Shown: positions 58,327 to 64,000 of the stretch, piece by piece
How positions within the stretch are numbered: the first letter of the stretch is position 1
How the letters are laid out: each line of letters starts with the position of its first letter
Assembly: GCA_052327205.1 (NCBI GenBank)
Contig: CM126221.1
Location: forward strand, 24,738,001 to 24,802,000
From: Somniosus microcephalus
Taxonomy: Eukaryota
Direction of reading: 5' to 3'
Length of the DNA: 64,000 nt
Position numbers and translations under genes: made by a program
The notes under the pieces: model-generated
The model's database searches: none
Told to the model about the DNA's origin: nothing
The model's input: only the letters and a program-made list of their open reading frames with translations

Positions 58327-61300
58327 TGTAGTGTCCGCGTACCAATAACACACGGACTGCAGGAGAACGGTAATAACAGGTGTTTACTGAACAGAGGGTA
58401 TGCTGGAACTGAAAGTACAGAAGCCTGCTACGGCTTTATATACAGGTGTGGTCACTGCCGGTACTACAGTATAAAAGCAGTTCTCTCTTAAAGGTACATA
58501 CACAACAATTCCCCCCCTTTTAGATAAACAGTACATAACATTCATTTAACAACTAAATAATAACTAATTACAATTACAATTTTCTCTGTACTATATACAT
58601 CAGCTGAAAGTAATCATTTATAAATTCAGTCTTTGAGGAGGCTTCCTGATCCTGTCTGGATAGCGCCTTTCTCGAGTATCCTGTTCTTGCGGCGGAGTCG
58701 ATTCTGGCTCATTGTCATTGGTTGGTTCGTCAGCTTCCAATACCACTGATTCTGAGGTAGACGCAATCTGTACTTCGGGTTCATCACCAGATGCGCATGC
58801 TCGTGGTATGGGTTTGACTTGTTCCTGTGACTCTAGAATCTGGTCAGCATGGCGTCTCACGATGCTCTCTCCAACGTCCACTGTGTACATTAGTGGTCCC
58901 TGCTGTGTGCATATCGTTCCTGGCTGCCATTTTTCTGTTCGGTAGTCGCGGGCCAAAACTGGTTGCCCTATCTTGAAGCTCCTGGTTGGCTTCTCATTGA
59001 TGTGCTGGAATTGCTTATCCTCAACATCTCGTCTTATGTTTGGTTTGAGCAAATCCAGGCGACATCTTAACCTTCAGTTAAAGAACATCATGGCTGGAGC
59101 TTGGTTGGTGACTGCATGTGTCGCATTCCGGTAAGCAAACAAGAAATTATCCATCTTGTGTTGCAGTGGTATGTTGTCGTTATACATCGCCTTTATTGCT
59201 TTTGTAACGGTCTGAACAAACCTCTCAGCCAATCCATTTGTGGCTGGATGATATGGGGCAGATGTGTAATGCTTTACCCCATTATTCCTCAAAAACCTCC
59301 GGAAATCCTCGGACACAAACTGTGGTCCATTGTCGGAGCAAATCTGTTCTGGCAAGCCATTCCTGGCGAAGATGGTCCGTAGGACTGCAATAGTTTTCTC
59401 CGTGGTGGTGGAGGACATTTTGATGACCTCTGGCCATTTCGAATGTGCATCCACGGCGATTAAAAACATTGAGTCCATAAATGGACCAGCAAAATCAATG
59501 TGTACCCGTTGCCATGGAGATGAGGGCCACTCCCATGGGTGTAGCGGGGCCTGTGGTGGAGCGTTTTGGACTTTCTGGCATCCTGTGCATCTCTTGGTCA
59601 TTTCCTCGATTTCTTTATCGATTCCCGGCCACCACACAAACGCCCTGGCTAGGCTCTTCATTTTTACCCCTCCCAGATGACCCTCATGAAGCTCATTGAG
59701 CACTCTATCTCTCAACTTGGGTGGAATTACCACTCGGGATCCACACATCAAGGTCCCCCGGCACACTGACAGCTGTTCTCTCCTTGGCGAGAATGCTGGC
59801 AACAGTGAGTCGCCATGTGCTGGCCATCCCTTCACCGTCAAATCATAGACCCGAGAGAGTGTCAGGTCATTTCGGGTTTCCTTCTCTATACTTGAGTTTG
59901 TAACAGGTAGACATTCGACTATGGTCGAATGGAATATCTCAACAGGGTCCACTGCAGGTGCTTCCTCCCCCGTAGGCAGCGGCAGGCGCGACAGCCCATC
60001 AGCGTTTCCATGCTGTTTCGTACCCTTATACTCTATGTCGTATTGATGTGCCCCTAGAAAAAGTGACCATCTTTGCAGCCGTTGCGCCGTCATCACTGGA
60101 ACACCCTTCTTTGGGTTAAAAATGTAGACAAGAGGCTGGTGATCAGTCAGTAAGGTGAATTTCTGCCCGTGCAGATAGTGATTGAACTTCTTCACCCCCC
60201 ACACCAGGCTGAGGGCCTCCCTGTCAATCTGGGCGTAGTTACGCTCGGCTGAGGTTAACGAGCGCGACGCAAAAGCTGTTGGCCTCTCTGAACCGTCAAG
60301 GAATTTGTGCGACAGCACTGCTCCAATGCCGTAGGGAGACGCATCACATGCCAACCGAATCGGTAGTGTTGGATTGTAGTGGGCCAATACTTCTTTTGAA
60401 GTGATTAGGCATTTACATTTCTGAAAGGCACGCTTACAGTCATCACTCCATTTCCATGCTACTCCAGTTTGCAGCAGGGCATTCAGTGGGTGCAGAATTG
60501 TAGACAAATTTGGCAAGAACTTATGGTAGTAGTTCACCAACCCGAGGAACGACCTCAGTTGCGACACATTTTCCAGTGCTGGAGCCTTGACTACTGCCTC
60601 AATCTTGTCTGGGGACTTATGTAACCCCTCTTCATCAATCATGTGGCCACAATACGAGATTTGTTTCCTGAAAAACTCGCATTTGGGGCGGTTGGCTCGT
60701 AGCCCATATTCTTGTAATCTAGTGAGCACCTGCTCCAGGTTGGCAAGGTGTTCACTGTCATTTTCGCCCGTAACCAGGATGTCGTCCAAATAACACTGGG
60801 TCCCTGGGATCCCTCGCAGGACTTGTTCCATCGCCCTCTGCCAAATAGCCGGAGCTGATGCTACCCCGAATACCTGTCGGTTGTACTGGTAAAGACCTTT
60901 GTGAGTGTTTATCGTGAGGTATTTTCTAGATGCTTCATCTACCTCCATTTGTAGATACGCTTGGGCCAGATCAATTTTCGTAAAGCGCTTCCCTCCAGAT
61001 AGTGAGGCGAAAATATCTTCTATCCACGGAAGTGGATTTTGTACTGTGTGCAGGACTGGGTTCACAGTTACCTTAAAGTCCCCACAGATGTGAACCTTCT
61101 TCGGCTCCCCAGGCGTGCTGCTCAATGATTTCTTCATTACAGGAACGATGGGTGTGGCCCACTCGCTCCAGTCCACCTTGGACAACACACCCGAACGCTC
61201 CAGACTTTCCAGCTCTGTTTTGACGGCTGGGCGGATCGCATACGGTACCGGTCTGGCCTTAAAAAATTTTGGGTTTGCGTTATCTACATTTTTTATCGTT

Positions 61301-62703
61301 GCCGTTATGCCTTTTAGAGTCCCAAGTCCTTGCTGGAACACCTCTTTCGCGTCAGTTAGAATTTTTGACAGTCGTCCAGGTGTGATGTCGTCATCCTTTT
61401 TGTCAGCCATAGTTAGCGCCTGAATGGAATGCCAATCCAATTGTATTTTTCGGATCCATTCACGTCCCAATAATGGTGGTCCTCCATCTTGTAGTATATA
61501 TAGATACAGTTTATTTGTTTCCTTGCCGTTGTATTTAACGGGCACCCTTATTTTTCCTCTGGGGTAGACTTTTTGCCCCGTATATGTCTTCAAGACAATG
61601 GACGTGTCCTTCAAGGGTATGTGTGAGAATAGCCGCTCGTAGTCTCGTCGATTCATGACTGTTAGGGCTGATCCTGTGTCCAATTCCATCTTTACTTGGG
61701 ACCCTGCTATCATGAGGGTGACCCAAATGGTTCGGTGATCCTCCTTTGCGATCACGCTGTGTAACTTTAGACAACTTAGTCTCCTGCTCCCGGATTCATT
61801 ATCACTCTTCTGAACTACTGTCCGTCATCTTTTGTACTTTCTTGTACTTTTCCTTAGTAGTTCTTCTAGTGTTGGTTTTCTTTCCCGACCTGCAGACTCG
61901 TGCTATGTGTCCCACTTTTCCACATTGCCTGCATACTTTGTCCTTAAACCAGCAATCCTTCTGGTCATGGGTTGTTCTGCCGCAGCGATAGCACTTTTCT
62001 GCTCCATATGCCATTTCATTGGTGCTATATTCTTGCGGTTTCTGTTGTATTTCCGCAGCTCCCCGTGCTGCTGCTTTGTAGGATACTGCCACGCTGAAAG
62101 CCTTTTCTAGCGTAAGGTCCTTTTCTGAAAGTAGTCATTTCTGGGTTCCTTCACTCTGGAACCCGCAGACAAACTTATCCCTTAAGGTATCTGCCAGTCC
62201 TGCTCCGAACTGGCAGTGTTTCGATAACTTGCGTAGTTCCGTAAGATAGTCAGCATTACTCTCATCTTTGTGCTGGTTTCTTTTATGGAACTTGAATCTT
62301 TCTGCTATCAGCAGCGGTGTAGGGTTTAGATGTTCCTGTAAGATATTGACAATCTCTTCAAAGCTTTTCTCCATTGGTTTAGCTGGGGTAATTAAATTCC
62401 GCAATAGGCCGTACGTTCTCGCGCCCATCAAATTCAATAATACCGACGCCTTCTTTTCATCGGCCACCTCATTTGCCTTGTAGTACACTTCAATTCTTTC
62501 CACATACGTGGTCCAGTCTTCTATTTCGTTGTCGAAAGCAGTAATGCTGCCACTCTTCGGCATCTTGGGTGTTTTAAAATGGCGCCTCCCGCGCTTTTCC
62601 TTCTTCCCCAATGGATTAAAATGGCGCCTCCCGTGCTTTTCCTCCTTCCCCCTGCTGCCAATGCTGCTCCTAGCATTTTAAATAGTAATGGCGGCGCCCC
62701 GCG
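58327..62703 (-). mobile_element. Gypsy (Mag-like) LTR retrotransposon lacking its 5' LTR
   Basis: 3' LTR 58327-58507 (TG..CA) with an adjacent PPT. The 5' end breaks into a LINE tail at about 62705. Confidence 0.92.
58618..62563 (-). pseudogene. Disrupted gag-pol
   Basis: Gag (EDWTTYVER, two Zn knuckles), protease LDTGS, RT YLDD, RNase H CDAS and integrase IDFAGP/SDNG/LAER, in 4 ORF pieces. Confidence 0.93.
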
Positions 62704-62807
62704 ACTTCTTTATTGCCCATCCCTAATTGCCCTTGAGAAGGTGGTGGTGAGCCGCCTTCCTGAACCGCTGCAGTCAGTGTGGTGAAGCTCCTCCCACAGT
62801 GCAAGTG

Positions 62808-62950
62808 TCTGGCGCCTTTCATGACCTCAGGACATCCCAAAGTGCTTCACAGCCAATGGAGTATAGTCAATGTTGTAATGTAGGGAAAAGCAGCGGCCAA
62901 TTTGAAATAAAGCAAGCTCCCACAAACAGCAAAGGTGTTGGTTGAGAGAT
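62808..62950 (-). mobile_element. Deu-SINE 3' fragment
   Basis: Matches 3470-3640. Confidence 0.7.
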
Positions 62951-63469
62951 TAAGTTCAAAAGTGGTTTGGTCCTTTGCGTGCACAGAGGATGCAGCACAG
63001 TAAGAATGTTTATAAATCAGGGCCATGCTAGGGCTGGATGGGGGCACAGTGCACTTCTATTCTCTGGTGCTGTGATGCCGGTTCGTGCCTCCAACTCCCC
63101 AGACTGGTGAATCCCTCCTCTCAAGTGTGATACCATAGGCAGATGCTGAGCAGAAACCAGCTGATTTCCTGTGGGCAATGAAGGAAATTGGTCAGGCCTA
63201 TCAAATAGGACATTCTCAGTAGCAGTAGAGCACTGTTGTTCAGACCTCTCTCCAGACAGGTTGCTTAATGCATCGGAACTGCATGAAGGAGAGAAACCAA
63301 TGCTTTAAAAAAAATTTTTTTTTTAATGTCAATGAAAAGTGAATCCCATAGAGTACATTTGAAAATTTTTATTTTTTTACTTCCTTTTTCTGCCAATTTT
63401 TCCCTTCCTCTCCTGACTTCTGATGGGGTTTGGACCCATGACCATCAGCCACCTCCAGTACCTCAATGA

Positions 63470-63730
63470 CTCAATGGCCACTTTTCATGTGGGGCATCTC
63501 CAGGCAGCAATCTGCATGTGAATTGCACCAAGGAGGAGGAGCCTGGCCAATTGCCATCTGTCACATATAAAATTCGATTCATGCAGTTGTAGTTTTTAAT
63601 CACAGCTTGGTCCATAGATGTTATTGATGGCATATTTAGAGGCAGAAGAGTTAGGTTTACATTTGTTAGGATGTCCACAATGATCACAATTTTTCAATAA
63701 ATGCACCAATGCTGGTCATTGATCCTCTCC
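63470..63730 (-). mobile_element. Highly degraded pogo/Tigger transposase fragment
   Basis: NVNLTLLPLNMPSITSMDQAVIKNY resembles the DDE_1 motif LPPNTTS..QPMDQGII. Confidence 0.5.
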
Positions 63731-63823
63731 AGTCACTTGGAAAATAGAGCTGAGGTCATCCAAGCATTGGAATCTGCTTAATATTGAATTTCGAGCAGAT
63801 TAAGATTGACTCCACAGGAACAG

Positions 63824-64000
63824 GGGCAGCACGGTGGCATAGTGGTTAGCACTGTTGCCTCACAGTAACCAGGGACCCGGGTTCGAATCCGGCCTCGGGC
63901 GACTGTCTGTGTGGAGTTTGCACATTCTCCCCGTGTTTGCGTGGGTTTCCTCCGGGTGCTCCGGTTTCCTCCCACAGTCCAAAGATGTGCGGGTTAGGTT
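63824..64000 (+). mobile_element. HE1-like V-SINE, cut by the window end
   Basis: GGGCAGCACGGTGGCATAGTGGTTAGC head, B box GGTTCGAATCC and V domain. Confidence 0.9.

Noticed and set aside
63824-63900. tRNA gene (also the SINE heads at about 3830-3893, 18165-18236 and 35340-35412)
   Set aside because: The A/B boxes belong to SINE heads that run straight into SINE bodies.

Overview
Eukaryotic, repeat-dominated DNA, almost certainly from a cartilaginous fish (HE1/V-SINE, Deu-SINE, shark-type CR1 and Penelope repeats). No prokaryotic genes, rRNA or CRISPR. The host gene is a + strand EphA receptor (EPHA10/EPHA7 group). Only two exons fall in the window: the transmembrane exon (12367-12475) and the juxtamembrane exon (14786-14841). 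The rest is intronic and filled with nested transposons: three Gypsy LTR retrotransposons, two solo LTRs, a full-length PIF/Harbinger with related derivatives, a Tigger/Jerky-like pogo, Rex1, CR1, L2, Penelope, SINEs and a 5.2-kb 25-bp satellite. Main findings: (1) an intact Gypsy (53365-58052) has no tRNA PBS; the PBS position is instead a perfect 15-nt complement of its own LTR poly(A)-signal region (candidate self-priming), and its RT motif is YLDN; (2) an apparently intact autonomous Harbinger has a transposase plus a 3-exon Myb/SANT gene; (3) an inversion appears to be mediated by two opposite CR1 copies; (4) a hierarchical satellite carries about 200 forkhead motifs; (5) a minimal hammerhead motif lies in a Penelope tail. 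Family names come from motif recognition, not database searches, and the ends of degraded repeats are approximate.
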